Positions 28,064-37,247 of a stretch of DNA of 64,000 nucleotides are shown in pieces (positions within the stretch are counted from its first letter, which is position 1; every line of letters starts with the position of its first letter). The stretch is taken from sequence record OL615013; one strand, written 5' to 3'. The stretch is from Shigella phage ChubbyThor. The translations under genes were made by a program, and so were the position numbers. Under the pieces are notes generated by a model. The model was not told the origin of the DNA, made no database searches, and worked only from the letters and a program-made list of their open reading frames with translations.

Positions 28064-29053
28064 TCACTTCCACTTGATGTTGAGCATGACGTTTGTCAGG
28101 AAAAACACAGCATGCAGCCAGACATCGCCGACCTGACGGTGTTCAATCTGAGACTGACCACATACGCATACCAGATCAGGGATAGACTCATTCTGAACCA
28201 GCATCGGCTTCTCTTTATCCTGTGGTACACAGAACTGGAAGAAGCGGGAATAGAAGTCTTCGGTGATGTAGTTCTGGTTGTCAGTCACCCACTGCTTCAT
28301 GCCAGCCCAGTCATTGGCTTTCAACATAGCAACCAGCGTACCGAGGTCAGCCGCTTTCAATACAGCCAGAGCGCGTTCGTCGATCTTGCCATAGGTGGTG
28401 ACGTTGTCCTGTAGGGCACCCATGATGCGGCGGTTGTCAGGGAAGTTGCGCTTGACGATGGCGGCCAACACCTGAGGAACGAACTCAACACCTTCGGCGC
28501 GAAGGATTTCAACGCAACGGAGGCAGAACTTGTTCTGAACTTCCAGTGCTTCCTGCTCGTTCCAGATAAAGTCGATCTCACGGCAACGGGAGCGCAGAGG
28601 TTCGTTGACACGCTGCTTGGCGTTGGTGGTCAGAATGAACGAGCAGTTCTTGGAGACCTTCTCTACGATACCCTTCAGAGACTCCTGCGCCGCCATAGAC
28701 AGGCGCTCCACTTCGTCGAGGATAACGACTTTGCGACCACCGAAGACACTCACGCCAGTAGAGTACTGAATCACGCGATCACGGATAACATCAATGCTGT
28801 TGTCCAGGGATGCGTTGATCAACAGAGGTTGCTTACAGCCGATTTCGTTACACACGGCCAGAGCAGAGGTGGTCTTGCCAGTACCAGGTCCAGGGGAGTA
28901 GAACAGCATCGAAGGGATGTTGCCGTTGCCACTTGTGATATAACCGTGGATTTTAGCGCGGACGTCCTGGGGGATGATGATCTCATCCAGGTTGTCTGGA
29001 CGATATTTGTTTTCCCATGCGTACTGGTCGGAAACGATAGTGATATTAGACAT
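28064..29053 (-). CDS. 44: clamp loader large subunit, AAA+ ATPase (T4 gp44-like)
   Basis: Walker A SPGPGTGKTT, Walker B VVILDEVER; start moved to ATG at 29051-29053 (MSNITIV...). Confidence 0.85.
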   Translation of the reverse strand: MSNITIVSDQYAWENKYRPDNLDEIIIPQDVRAKIHGYITSGNGNIPSMLFYSPGPGTGKTTSALAVCNEIGCKQPLLINASLDNSIDVIRDRVIQYSTGVSVFGGRKVVILDEVERLSMAAQESLKGIVEKVSKNCSFILTTNAKQRVNEPLRSRCREIDFIWNEQEALEVQNKFCLRCVEILRAEGVEFVPQVLAAIVKRNFPDNRRIMGALQDNVTTYGKIDERALAVLKAADLGTLVAMLKANDWAGMKQWVTDNQNYITEDFYSRFFQFCVPQDKEKPMLVQNESIPDLVCVCGQSQIEHRQVGDVWLHAVFFLTNVMLNIKWK

Positions 29054-29084
29054 TTCAGCCTCTTGTAGAAGAATCATTTCAAAC

Positions 29085-29103
29085 GGGCGGGAAAGCCCCG
29101 CCC
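29085..29103 (-). terminator. hairpin between gp45 and gp44 (terminator/attenuator-like)
   Basis: GGGCGGG / CCCGCCC stem with 5-nt loop, followed on minus-strand RNA by GUUUGAAAUG and the gp44 SD. Confidence 0.45.
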
Positions 29104-29132
29104 ACACATTATAGCATCAGGCTGGAGATTGA

Positions 29133-29801
29133 TTACTCAATCTGTGCGCCGACGAAGTAATTGATCGTCGCATCGGAGGACTGGAAGTTCACCATCTGCA
29201 GTTCGGCACAGGCGCGCAGAGTGTAGTTGCCTTCGATCATCTTCAGGTTGGCAACGTCCAGCGGCATTACGAAGTCCGGCAACGCGGTTTCACCCAGCTC
29301 AACAGTGTAGTTGTTGGAGTTATCCAGGGTAGTGGTGGTCGCAACCAGACGAGTTTTGCCGCCCTGAGCAACCAGACGCACTGTCTTGTGACCGAGGGTA
29401 GAACAGGCGCGGGTCAGTTCTTTCATCTTCTCTGGAGTGATGATCGCTTCAAAGTCGACAGACGGCAGTTCAATGGTGTCAGCCGGAACGACAGTGAGTT
29501 CTTTAGCAGAACGCCAGAATTGCAGCTGAGAGCTTTCGCCTTTCAACAGGATGTAGTCCTGATGGAATTCGGCTTTACCGCCTTTGAAGGAAGGCAGGCG
29601 CTGGATGGCCAGAAGTTTGGTCAGGTCCAGGATAGGGAACTCAAACGGGAAGTCTTCTTCGATCTGTGCCACGGCGATAACAGTAGACGAATCGTTGATG
29701 CTGCGCAGCATCTTACCCGGTGTCAGAACGATAGATGGGTTGATGGTCTCAAAGTTGGCCAGCAACTGGAGTGTACGTTCGGAGAGAGTGATCTCTTGCA
29801 T
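29133..29801 (-). CDS. 45: sliding clamp, DNA polymerase processivity factor (T4 gp45-like)
   Basis: Size and position upstream of gp44/gp62 as in T4; recalled gp45-like sequence. Confidence 0.75.
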   Translation of the reverse strand: MQEITLSERTLQLLANFETINPSIVLTPGKMLRSINDSSTVIAVAQIEEDFPFEFPILDLTKLLAIQRLPSFKGGKAEFHQDYILLKGESSQLQFWRSAKELTVVPADTIELPSVDFEAIITPEKMKELTRACSTLGHKTVRLVAQGGKTRLVATTTTLDNSNNYTVELGETALPDFVMPLDVANLKMIEGNYTLRACAELQMVNFQSSDATINYFVGAQIE

Positions 29802-29991
29802 TTATGTATCCTCAAAATATAGTGGGGTTCAAGTCATGTTTGACGCAATCTAGTATCGCTGTGTTGTGCTTATAGAACAAGTGGCAAATTGCGCTACGCG
29901 TTATTAATAAATGCCTTCGGCATTTATGGACTTTATTAAAGATAATAACCTTTATTAATCCTATTCGCTTCGCTCATAAAACAAATACTCG

Positions 29992-30021
29992 TTGTTCGTT
30001 AACACTCACAACTCGTATAAT
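29992..30021 (+). promoter_or_regulatory. sigma70-like promoter candidate (TTGTTC-N18-TATAAT)
   Basis: Read directly in AT-rich intergenic region between gp45 and the plus-strand gene. Confidence 0.3.
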
Positions 30022-30078
30022 ACCACGCCATTTGTTCAACAGGAAAGCAATTTTTATTCAACAGCAAAATTAATTTAT

Positions 30079-30107
30079 TTGGTCTAAACATGCACGCGAA
30101 ATAATAT
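30079..30107 (+). promoter_or_regulatory. sigma70-like promoter candidate (TTGGTC-N17-TAATAT), about 35 nt upstream of ATG 30142
   Basis: Read directly in AT-rich intergenic region. Confidence 0.35.
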
Positions 30108-30141
30108 GTATGTCATGTTAACCAACACACGAGAGTAATAT

Positions 30142-30519
30142 ATGAAACAGTTCGTAGGATTATATGCGGTCGGATGCAGTAAGCCAGACGCCATCCTCAC
30201 CGCAGGGCAATTTGTCACAGGCACCCCAGTTTATCTGGCGCAGCTGGCGTCAGACAAGAACTTACCATCGGAGCCGCGATTTGTCCCTCTGGGTTTGATG
30301 ACAGGCCTGAAAGTTGGTCTGTATGTCGGTGTGGTGACGTTTGAAAACGGCGTCGAAGCGAAAGTTCTGCCATTCAAATTGGGCAGCGAACAAATGCTGA
30401 AGGATACGATCAGTGAACACCTGAACACACAATGTCTGGCTTCTCTGGACAAATTGTTCGGCGCAGTATCTGATGAAGGCGAGGCCACCCCCGCCTATGT
30501 GAATCAAGATCAGTCGTGA
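30142..30519 (+). CDS. hypothetical protein (125 aa), plus-strand gene
   Basis: ATG with GAGAG SD; protein-like sequence; converges on uvsW with 10-nt overlap. Confidence 0.5.
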   Translation: MKQFVGLYAVGCSKPDAILTAGQFVTGTPVYLAQLASDKNLPSEPRFVPLGLMTGLKVGLYVGVVTFENGVEAKVLPFKLGSEQMLKDTISEHLNTQCLASLDKLFGAVSDEGEATPAYVNQDQS

Positions 30520-32018
30520 TTACCCAGCGCCACCTTCATGAACTCCACAGGGTGGCGCTCTGTCAGGTAGAACTTGTAACGCTCATGAGAGTGCCTGATA
30601 GCGTGGTTCGTGCTGGCGTTGTACGACACATCATCCACTAAGTCCCATATCCACGCGACGTCCTTGGAGGAGTGCTGACGCATCAGACGACCCAATGTCT
30701 GTATGACGCGGATATATGACTTGCTCGGGTGCGCCAGTACAAGGTGGTGTAGCTTCTTGATTGACACACCCTGTTGCATTGTCCCGTATGAAGCCAACAA
30801 CGTGATATCCTCTCCATCCTCCATCGCTTTCTGTATGCGGCGGCGGTCTTCGATCTTCACTTCCCCGTTGATGACAAACACGTTGGGCTTGACTGCGCTC
30901 AGCATATCGTACACAACCATCATGTGGGCGTCAATACGCTCGAACATGATGGCCACGTTCCCTTTCAGATTCAGTGCCATCTTGGCGATCAGTTCGTTGC
31001 GGGACTGGTGTGTAATAAGGTATTCTATTTCCTTGGTATAATCCCCGTCCAGACCAACAGCATCCGCCGGAGTGTGCTTCAACTGAATCATCTTCACTTT
31101 GATGTCAGTGGCGTACCCGAGATTGATAAGGTCGCGAGCCGTGATGATCTTATGGTACGCCCCGAAGTGAGCCACCACCTGAAGCCCGGCAACTTTGGTG
31201 TTCGACAGCGTACCTGTAACCCCCAGGCGCTGGTCGGCGTAGATGCAGTTGTTGAGGATGTAGGACAGTTTCTCAGACTTGGAGGTATGCACTTCATCCA
31301 CCACGATGTCGCCGAACTGGTGGAACCATTCTTTCGGCTGGTCTTGAATGCCCTGCCATGTACTGATGACGATTGGTTTGCTGATTTCCTTTGTCGCGCC
31401 CTCAAAGATCAACTGAGTGTTGGCAACGGGCTTCCAATCGCTGCCGTGTGCGTACTCTTCAAAGTTGTCGTACAGCTGAGTGACCAGGTGAATCGACGGC
31501 ACCACGATAAGCGTCTTCAGAGGACTTTCGAGAGCTTCTCTGCGCTGCCTGTAGTACCGCGCCATGACATACAGAATAAAGGACTTACCAGCACTCGTAG
31601 CCAGTTCACAGACGCATCTGGTTTGACGCATAGCCTTGGCGATGGTGTCGTACTGATAGTCGCGGGTCTCAGCATCGATGTATTCGTGATTTTCGGTGCG
31701 GATCTTTGGATGGAGACTGTCGATGAAGTCATGGATTTCTTGATCTGGGATGTCCTGAATGTACTTCAGAGCCGGATCCAGTTCAATGGTGTATTTGTTG
31801 TTCTTGCAGAACTTGAACACCTCAAACAGTAGGCCGATATCAATCAGACCGGATGACTTGGTGAACAAGCGAACAACCCCGTCCCATTTAGAGAAGGGGT
31901 TGGGAACGAAGTTCGGGTCTTCGAATTTGAAGTAGTCATTCAGCTCTTCCCTGATAGAAAGATCTGCGATGCAACGCATGCGGACTTCGTTAACCTTAAC
32001 AATCTGAATGTCTGCCAT
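30510..32018 (-). CDS. uvsW: UvsW-like SF2 DNA helicase
   Basis: Walker A LATSAGKS, VVDEVH box, KEWFHQFG, LHHLVLAH, TLGRLMRQHSSK, WDLVDD recalled as T4 UvsW-like; start moved to ATG at 32016-32018 with GGGAGA SD. Confidence 0.85.
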   Translation of the reverse strand: MADIQIVKVNEVRMRCIADLSIREELNDYFKFEDPNFVPNPFSKWDGVVRLFTKSSGLIDIGLLFEVFKFCKNNKYTIELDPALKYIQDIPDQEIHDFIDSLHPKIRTENHEYIDAETRDYQYDTIAKAMRQTRCVCELATSAGKSFILYVMARYYRQRREALESPLKTLIVVPSIHLVTQLYDNFEEYAHGSDWKPVANTQLIFEGATKEISKPIVISTWQGIQDQPKEWFHQFGDIVVDEVHTSKSEKLSYILNNCIYADQRLGVTGTLSNTKVAGLQVVAHFGAYHKIITARDLINLGYATDIKVKMIQLKHTPADAVGLDGDYTKEIEYLITHQSRNELIAKMALNLKGNVAIMFERIDAHMMVVYDMLSAVKPNVFVINGEVKIEDRRRIQKAMEDGEDITLLASYGTMQQGVSIKKLHHLVLAHPSKSYIRVIQTLGRLMRQHSSKDVAWIWDLVDDVSYNASTNHAIRHSHERYKFYLTERHPVEFMKVALGNHD

Positions 32019-32043
32019 ACAAAATCTCCCAAGGAATATGGGG

Positions 32044-32050
32044 TATTTAG
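32044..32050 (-). promoter_or_regulatory. CTAAATA late-promoter-like motif upstream of uvsW
   Basis: minus-sense CGCTAAATACCCCATATT about 26 nt upstream of ATG 32018. Confidence 0.4.
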
Positions 32051-32793
32051 CGATCCGGCCAGACTCCGTTCTGTTCTTTATCCATGCGATGGTACAGACG
32101 AACACGCTCAAACATCTTTGTCAGGATGTCATCGCGGTTGAACTCTATGATGGTTGGCGTCAACGATGACTCGTTGGCAATCACATTGATGAGGCGGGTG
32201 ATCTTGACACCGAACATCTGCTGGAACATAACAGAGTACAAGCACAGCTGGATACTGTAGTCCTCGATCATTCCCCGCGTCTTCATGGTGTTCGATGTCT
32301 TGAAGTCGATGATAGCAGGCTTACCCTCATAAACCCCGATAAGGTCCACTCGACCTGCGAGACCAAGCACCTCGCTATATAACGGGATCTCCTGAGCATA
32401 GATCTTTGTCATCTTGTTCAGATAGGGGAACAGCTGCTTGAACATGAACATGTATTCGCCAGCCGCTTCCAACACTTCTTTCATTGGGCGGTTCTTCAAA
32501 TACAGTTCACATGCAAGGTGCAGCTTCTCCCCTCGGTCAGCGCAACGCATGGTCTCAAGGTCGGCGGCCTCTGCACCCAGCTTCTCCCTCCAAGCCTCAA
32601 GCCATTCATGATCACCAGTACGCCCCAGCATCGTCGTGACAGACGTCAGCTTGACACCAGTTGGTGACACATAATGACGACCGTTCTCCGTCGTCACACA
32701 CTCCAGTTCCTTATGAGGAAGTTCGTACTGCTGGAATGTGTAATGACGATTTTCGAAGTCGTTCAGCTTGCGCAGGGCTTGGAGAGATGCCAT
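32047..32793 (-). CDS. PD-(D/E)xK nuclease (RecB/Cas4-like exonuclease family)
   Basis: GRVDLIGV...IIDFKTS (D...D/E.K) and QLCLYS (QxxxY) motifs. Confidence 0.6.
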   Translation of the reverse strand: MASLQALRKLNDFENRHYTFQQYELPHKELECVTTENGRHYVSPTGVKLTSVTTMLGRTGDHEWLEAWREKLGAEAADLETMRCADRGEKLHLACELYLKNRPMKEVLEAAGEYMFMFKQLFPYLNKMTKIYAQEIPLYSEVLGLAGRVDLIGVYEGKPAIIDFKTSNTMKTRGMIEDYSIQLCLYSVMFQQMFGVKITRLINVIANESSLTPTIIEFNRDDILTKMFERVRLYHRMDKEQNGVWPDR

Positions 32794-33515
32794 TATGTAT
32801 AATCCTTGACAAAGTTATTCCATGCTTCGTCCTCATAAGGATTCCAGCCGGATTTGAATTTGTTAACCATGGCTTGAGACACTCCGATTTTTATACCCAA
32901 TCCTTTATGAATTCTGTAATATCCATGCCCCGCTTTCCAACATTCGAAAGCACTGTCTGCGAATTTCCATTGTTCTCTAGAACCGTATTTTATAGTGGAT
33001 GGGTTATCCCAAGGATGACATCCTTTCATGGGAGATGATTTGCCAAACCAATAGTTCCTTTCACCACCGTTCATTCCTGGGAAACGTTTCCCAAACATTG
33101 GGTGTTCTTTACCCTTTCTTCCTTTCAGGGGACCAGGTTTCCCATAACCGTGATGAAGTTCGCCTCTCTTCCCAAACATGGGGTTCTTTTCGGCGGGGAG
33201 GCTGGTCGTCAACCATATGTCTTTGTCGTTATCTTGAAAATGCCGATTCAAAAGACCTGGTGTTCCCCACAAAGCCTTTATCCTTTCTTGTTCGACTCTG
33301 TATGCTTCTCCCACAGTAGAAAATACTTCTAAATGGTCAACAGAGAAATATTCATCCCCAAACTCTTTTATCATTCTTTGAACGATTTTAGAAGACGTGA
33401 AATATGTGACCCAAAATTCCTTTGGATCACATTTCTTGGCAGTACGAGAACCGATGTATACTTTACCATCTTTGGTGACGACACGGTATACATATGGGAT
33501 TCTATCATGCACCAT
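32793..33515 (-). CDS. GIY-YIG homing endonuclease (Seg-like) with NUMOD-like repeats
   Basis: N-terminal YVYRVVTKDGKVYIGSR; three NPMFGK-type repeats; start moved to ATG at 33515 with GGAGAAAG SD. Confidence 0.75.
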   Translation of the reverse strand: MVHDRIPYVYRVVTKDGKVYIGSRTAKKCDPKEFWVTYFTSSKIVQRMIKEFGDEYFSVDHLEVFSTVGEAYRVEQERIKALWGTPGLLNRHFQDNDKDIWLTTSLPAEKNPMFGKRGELHHGYGKPGPLKGRKGKEHPMFGKRFPGMNGGERNYWFGKSSPMKGCHPWDNPSTIKYGSREQWKFADSAFECWKAGHGYYRIHKGLGIKIGVSQAMVNKFKSGWNPYEDEAWNNFVKDYT

Positions 33516-33957
33516 CGAGGTACTTTCTCCAATCAATCGCATTCTTCACTTCGTATCCCAGCTTGTTCAGGCGATCCAAACAAGTCTCGATGAACTTGAC
33601 TTTTGCTTTTTGTTCTTGTAACAGAACAGACAGTTCTACATAGTCATCGTCGGCTTTGACCCATGTGTCCAGGTCAGACTTCAGGGGGCGAACCTTCAGG
33701 GGGCGCTCTGCGTAGATGTTCGGGGGTAACTCCCCTGCATAGTAGCGGCGCAGATAGAGATCGATCTGGCGGAAGCGCCCGTTGAGGAATTCAAGATAAC
33801 GCCCCTCACGCAGATAATGCCGTTGTACGGCCATCCAAGAGCGCCCGATTTTCAGTGAGATCTGGTCAAGGTTCATGTCTTCTGGGTCCACTGTAATCAG
33901 CGGCTCCAGTTCGTTCATGATGTCCTCGGTTGCCATTGTCTGTAGTTGTTCTTTCAT
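33505..33957 (-). CDS. uvsY: UvsY-like recombination mediator
   Basis: Recalled resemblance to T4 UvsY (LYLRRYYAGE vs ARLDYYSGRG; C-terminal CLDRLNKLGYEVKNAIDWRKY); same 150-aa size class; downstream of uvsW region. Confidence 0.55.
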   Translation of the reverse strand: MKEQLQTMATEDIMNELEPLITVDPEDMNLDQISLKIGRSWMAVQRHYLREGRYLEFLNGRFRQIDLYLRRYYAGELPPNIYAERPLKVRPLKSDLDTWVKADDDYVELSVLLQEQKAKVKFIETCLDRLNKLGYEVKNAIDWRKYLDGA

Positions 33958-33999
33958 AAAATATCCCAGCTTGTCAATGTCATAGAATTATACCGTATT

Positions 34000-34500
34000 T
34001 CATGGATTAGAATCAATCACCTTCCCACCAGATAGTGGGACCAGCTGCTGGAACTTGAACGTCACTGTCGTCACCAGCTGAGGTACAGCCGCATCCACAT
34101 CCACCAGTACGTTGTCCAGAGCAGTCGGACGGGCTTCCTCCAGCACGAGAGTGAGGCCAATCGGTCGGTTGAGGTTATCCAGTAATTCAATGGTAATGTC
34201 CTTGGAGACAGCCAAATCCTTGCCGACGTTGCTGGTGATCCATTGGTGGATCTGTAACCATGATTTCCAGTCCTCGTCTATAACGAAAGTAAATACGACG
34301 GGATCATAGGTTAAACGTTCTGAAGGGATAGAAACCAGTACGTCGCCAGGAGACGGACCATCGATACCTTCAGAGTACACTCCTGGTATACTGAAGTCGT
34401 GGATGTTACGGGTTAGGAGTACAAGGTCTCCGATAGTCAGACGCCACTTATCGGACGCCGCGAAATTAGGGTTTTCGTTCTTGAATTGTACGTCGGACAT
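34000..34500 (-). CDS. hypothetical protein (166 aa)
   Basis: ORF track; ATG start; no motif recognised. Confidence 0.5.
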   Translation of the reverse strand: MSDVQFKNENPNFAASDKWRLTIGDLVLLTRNIHDFSIPGVYSEGIDGPSPGDVLVSIPSERLTYDPVVFTFVIDEDWKSWLQIHQWITSNVGKDLAVSKDITIELLDNLNRPIGLTLVLEEARPTALDNVLVDVDAAVPQLVTTVTFKFQQLVPLSGGKVIDSNP

Positions 34501-34538
34501 AATAGCACCTTTTGCTGTGGAGATATTTTGTGACCCTG

Positions 34539-35180
34539 ATGCGCGGGATCAGTAGATTGTTGTTGGCATGCGCGATGCTCTTACTTACGAGCTGTCGCAT
34601 CTTTGTCACGCCAATAATTTCTGTTTCCGAACTCTGGAACCCAGAAGTACGCACCGTACCTGTGACGTTGTCGGCCAGTGTTCCTACTTGTAACAAGGGT
34701 ATGCTGGACATCATCGTGCAAGAGTTCCAGACCTTCCAGAAGCTCGTACCTTTAGGTTGCTTCGAGGAGAACACGAGCACCCTCAAGCCTTACTGGAAGA
34801 CCACGATTCCCCTCCTGCGGCGTGGCGATGAAGGGAAGATTCCATACCTATCAGCAAGTATTTATTACTCTCAGAACAACAGCATCATCATCACTTTTAA
34901 TCCATCATTCTACGCCAAGCTGAAGCAACACATGGTTGGGCGACTGAGTGAAACATCGGATATAATCGTGACGTTCAAAATCATGAATGACTCAGATAAA
35001 CCAGTACGAATCGCAACTCAGGGTGTGTTTGTCAACAACGATGCTGTTGGGAATGAGATGAACATCTTCGAAGTGAAGCCAGAGGGGACGATCTGGATCA
35101 GGCTGAGCAACGTCGGGGTGAACTCCCTACTGTTGGATGGCATCGAACCAGTGGGAGTTCTTCCGGCTCGGGAGCGCTGA
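34539..35180 (+). CDS. predicted lipoprotein (213 aa), plus-strand gene
   Basis: Track start is TTG; first ATG at 34539 gives MRGISRLLLACAMLLLTSC with lipobox LTSC; converges on 35182..35910. Confidence 0.45.
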   Translation: MRGISRLLLACAMLLLTSCRIFVTPIISVSELWNPEVRTVPVTLSASVPTCNKGMLDIIVQEFQTFQKLVPLGCFEENTSTLKPYWKTTIPLLRRGDEGKIPYLSASIYYSQNNSIIITFNPSFYAKLKQHMVGRLSETSDIIVTFKIMNDSDKPVRIATQGVFVNNDAVGNEMNIFEVKPEGTIWIRLSNVGVNSLLLDGIEPVGVLPARER

Positions 35181-35181
35181 A

Positions 35182-35910
35182 TTACTTCAGCGCGCTCTTC
35201 AGATTATCAGAACCGATGTTGTTGATAACGCCACCAGCGCACAGGTCTTTAGCCCACTCAGACAGTACATTGGCGAACGAGAAGTTCAGACACTTGCTGA
35301 CCATGTCTTGGATGTGGGCTAACTCTGAGGCAATACCATTGGCGATATCCTGACCGATTTGCGCCACCTGAGCAATAGCATCGTTGATATATCCGGTAAC
35401 TTCGGCGGCCAGCGCCTGGATCTTTGCCAGGCCAGCGCTCACACCCTGCGCAACTAACTCAGCCAGTTCGGCCATCTTGGCGGTAACAGTGCTGAGAGCG
35501 CCCTCCATGGCCCCGATCCACTGGTGCCCAAGAGTCTGTATGACGCCGAAGGCATTATTGATCAGATCACAGTTGGTCGGCTCGCGCTCGATTGACTTCA
35601 GGCCAGATTTGTACGACACGGAAGTCCCGATGCGGGAATACGCTTCGTTCACAGTCTGATCACCATAGTTGTTCAGCGTGGTGAGGCTGGTGTCGGCAGA
35701 GGTGAACATCGTGTTCGTTTCATTGAGTTTGGCTGTGGTTAGACCGCCTGCCGTCAGAGCGCCCTGGATTTGCGTATTTCCGGTGTTTGCCAGTGCAGCT
35801 GTAGTCGCCTTGCCGCTGGTGATTAAACCCTGAGACGTGCTGCTGAGGGACGGGAGAGGATTGTTAAATGCGTTGCCCTGCTCAAGGGCGTCATAGATCT
35901 GTGCGTTCAT
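35182..35910 (-). CDS. hypothetical protein (242 aa), Ala/Gly/Thr-rich N-terminal half
   Basis: ATG at 35908-35910 (MNAQIYDAL...), immediately after a perfect hairpin carrying the CTAAATA motif. Confidence 0.55.
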   Translation of the reverse strand: MNAQIYDALEQGNAFNNPLPSLSSTSQGLITSGKATTAALANTGNTQIQGALTAGGLTTAKLNETNTMFTSADTSLTTLNNYGDQTVNEAYSRIGTSVSYKSGLKSIEREPTNCDLINNAFGVIQTLGHQWIGAMEGALSTVTAKMAELAELVAQGVSAGLAKIQALAAEVTGYINDAIAQVAQIGQDIANGIASELAHIQDMVSKCLNFSFANVLSEWAKDLCAGGVINNIGSDNLKSALK

Positions 35911-35913
35911 AGA

Positions 35914-35942
35914 AAATACCCCCATGGATGATGGGGGTATTT
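35914..35942 (-). terminator. perfect 12-bp hairpin directly upstream of a start codon
   Basis: AAATACCCCCAT / ATGGGGGTATTT arms with 5-nt loop; minus-strand RNA continues UCU then AUG. Confidence 0.5.
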
Positions 35943-35944
35943 AG
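35938..35944 (-). promoter_or_regulatory. CTAAATA late-promoter-like motif upstream of 35182..35910
   Basis: minus-sense CCTAAATACCCCC, part of hairpin, about 28 nt upstream of ATG. Confidence 0.4.
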
Positions 35945-35948
35945 GTGA

Positions 35949-36116
35949 TCATGGCAGTTTGTAAACGAAGTTGGACCAGAACTTCCGAGCGAACTTCTTG
36001 GCATAGACCTTCCAGTCGGCGTATTCGCCTTCCTTCAGGTCATTGTAGGTCTCGAACCCTACTGCTCCCAGGAAGTACGCCGTGAAGATATAGCAGAACA
36101 GATTGACGACAAACAT
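35949..36116 (-). CDS. small hydrophobic protein (55 aa)
   Basis: Not in ORF track; ATG at 36114-36116 with GGAG SD about 9 nt upstream; translation MFVVNLFCYIFTAYFLGAVGFETYNDLKEGEYADWKVYAKKFARKFWSNFVYKLP. Confidence 0.4.
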   Translation of the reverse strand: MFVVNLFCYIFTAYFLGAVGFETYNDLKEGEYADWKVYAKKFARKFWSNFVYKLP

Positions 36117-36157
36117 GATGTATCTCCGCTGTGTGAACTCAAATTATTTATGGTATG

Positions 36158-36580
36158 TTACAAAAGGCGCTTGGTCTTCGGCTTGCCCATCAGTGTGATG
36201 TCCACAGGGAGGCCAGCTTTCTTGCAACGGTTGATCATGTCCAGGGTGCCAGTGGACGAGCCGTCCCACATCGCAATCGGATACACTTCCAGCTTGGTCT
36301 GCCTGACGAGATCCAATGCCTTGTCTAACATGTCCTGATTGCGTTTGTTGCCCATCCCTTTCCCATACTTTTCATAATAGCTCGGAGGGATTGGCATAGG
36401 AGTGATATGAACATAATTGATTTCAGCCCAATCACGGCAAATCGTGTCGACACCCGTGGCCTCACCCTCGATCAACGTATAGACTTCATGAGGATCGAGG
36501 AGTTCGTCCAGCTTGGCGAATACCTTATCCCGCTCGGTGATTGAGCGGGAACCTGTAACGAGTACGATATATTTCTTCAT
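36158..36580 (-). CDS. SLOG/DUF2493-like Rossmann-fold protein
   Basis: MKKYIVLVTGSR...GEATGVD...YGKGMGNKRNQDML...AMWDGSSTGTLDMI pattern; track start is GTG, moved to ATG at 36578-36580. Confidence 0.5.
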   Translation of the reverse strand: MKKYIVLVTGSRSITERDKVFAKLDELLDPHEVYTLIEGEATGVDTICRDWAEINYVHITPMPIPPSYYEKYGKGMGNKRNQDMLDKALDLVRQTKLEVYPIAMWDGSSTGTLDMINRCKKAGLPVDITLMGKPKTKRLL

Positions 36581-36585
36581 GGAAC

Positions 36586-36906
36586 TCACAGCGCCCCAAG
36601 ATTGCCGATGACATACAGGGAGCACAGAGGAGTGCCTGACGAACGGGGTTCGATTGTCATCCCGCTCAGGCGGATCAGTTCCAGTAAGCCGTCAGTGGTT
36701 TGATACGCGCGTGTCGAACCGTTCGGGCGATAAAGCTCCAGCTCGGTTCTTCCTTCCTTTAATGCATTACGGATACGAGCGAACACACTGTGGTCGCCGA
36801 ACTTCTGTTTCAGAAGGTCCAGCTTGGTGACCAGTCGACGACGCGATTTGCGCGCACGAGGGTTCTCTTTTACGACCGCTTCTAAAATTGGGATGCTGTT
36901 AGCCAT
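36586..36906 (-). CDS. hypothetical protein (106 aa)
   Basis: ORF track; ATG start. Confidence 0.4.
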   Translation of the reverse strand: MANSIPILEAVVKENPRARKSRRRLVTKLDLLKQKFGDHSVFARIRNALKEGRTELELYRPNGSTRAYQTTDGLLELIRLSGMTIEPRSSGTPLCSLYVIGNLGAL

Positions 36907-36965
36907 GATAAAGTCCTCTATTTGTAGGGGATAGGGTATGCGGTTAACATACCCCGTTCAAAGGT

Positions 36966-37247
36966 TTAGAACAAATGCTCGCCTTCCACATGGTATGCTA
37001 ACACGCCGTCAGAACATTCAAAATACATGTTATCATATTCCCACAGAGCGGTGATTTCTTCACCCTGGCAAACTACCGAAAACTTCGGCTGGCTGGCCTT
37101 AACTGGAAATTTTTCAGGGGAAGAGATTGGGGTGAATTTGGCATTTCTGACGGCCATACCAACAAATTGCTGCAATGTTACTTTGTAACGAGAGTGGGTG
37201 ATAGTACCAGCATTCAGGGCTTCGATCAATTGCGCTTTAGTTGTCAT
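36966..37247 (-). CDS. hypothetical protein (93 aa)
   Basis: ATG preceded by conserved leader AAGGAACTATATC. Confidence 0.45.
   Translation of the reverse strand: MTTKAQLIEALNAGTITHSRYKVTLQQFVGMAVRNAKFTPISSPEKFPVKASQPKFSVVCQGEEITALWEYDNMYFECSDGVLAYHVEGEHLF

Noticed and set aside
29829-29845. tRNA-like T-loop sequence GGGGTTCAAGTC in the gp45 upstream region, and GGGGTTCGATTG near 36641
   Set aside because: No acceptor stem, D-arm or anticodon arm could be built around either; the second lies inside a coding region. No tRNA genes are called.
29907-29927. Hairpin upstream of gp45 as an intrinsic terminator
   Set aside because: No U-tract follows the stem on either strand; kept only as a possible regulatory stem-loop.
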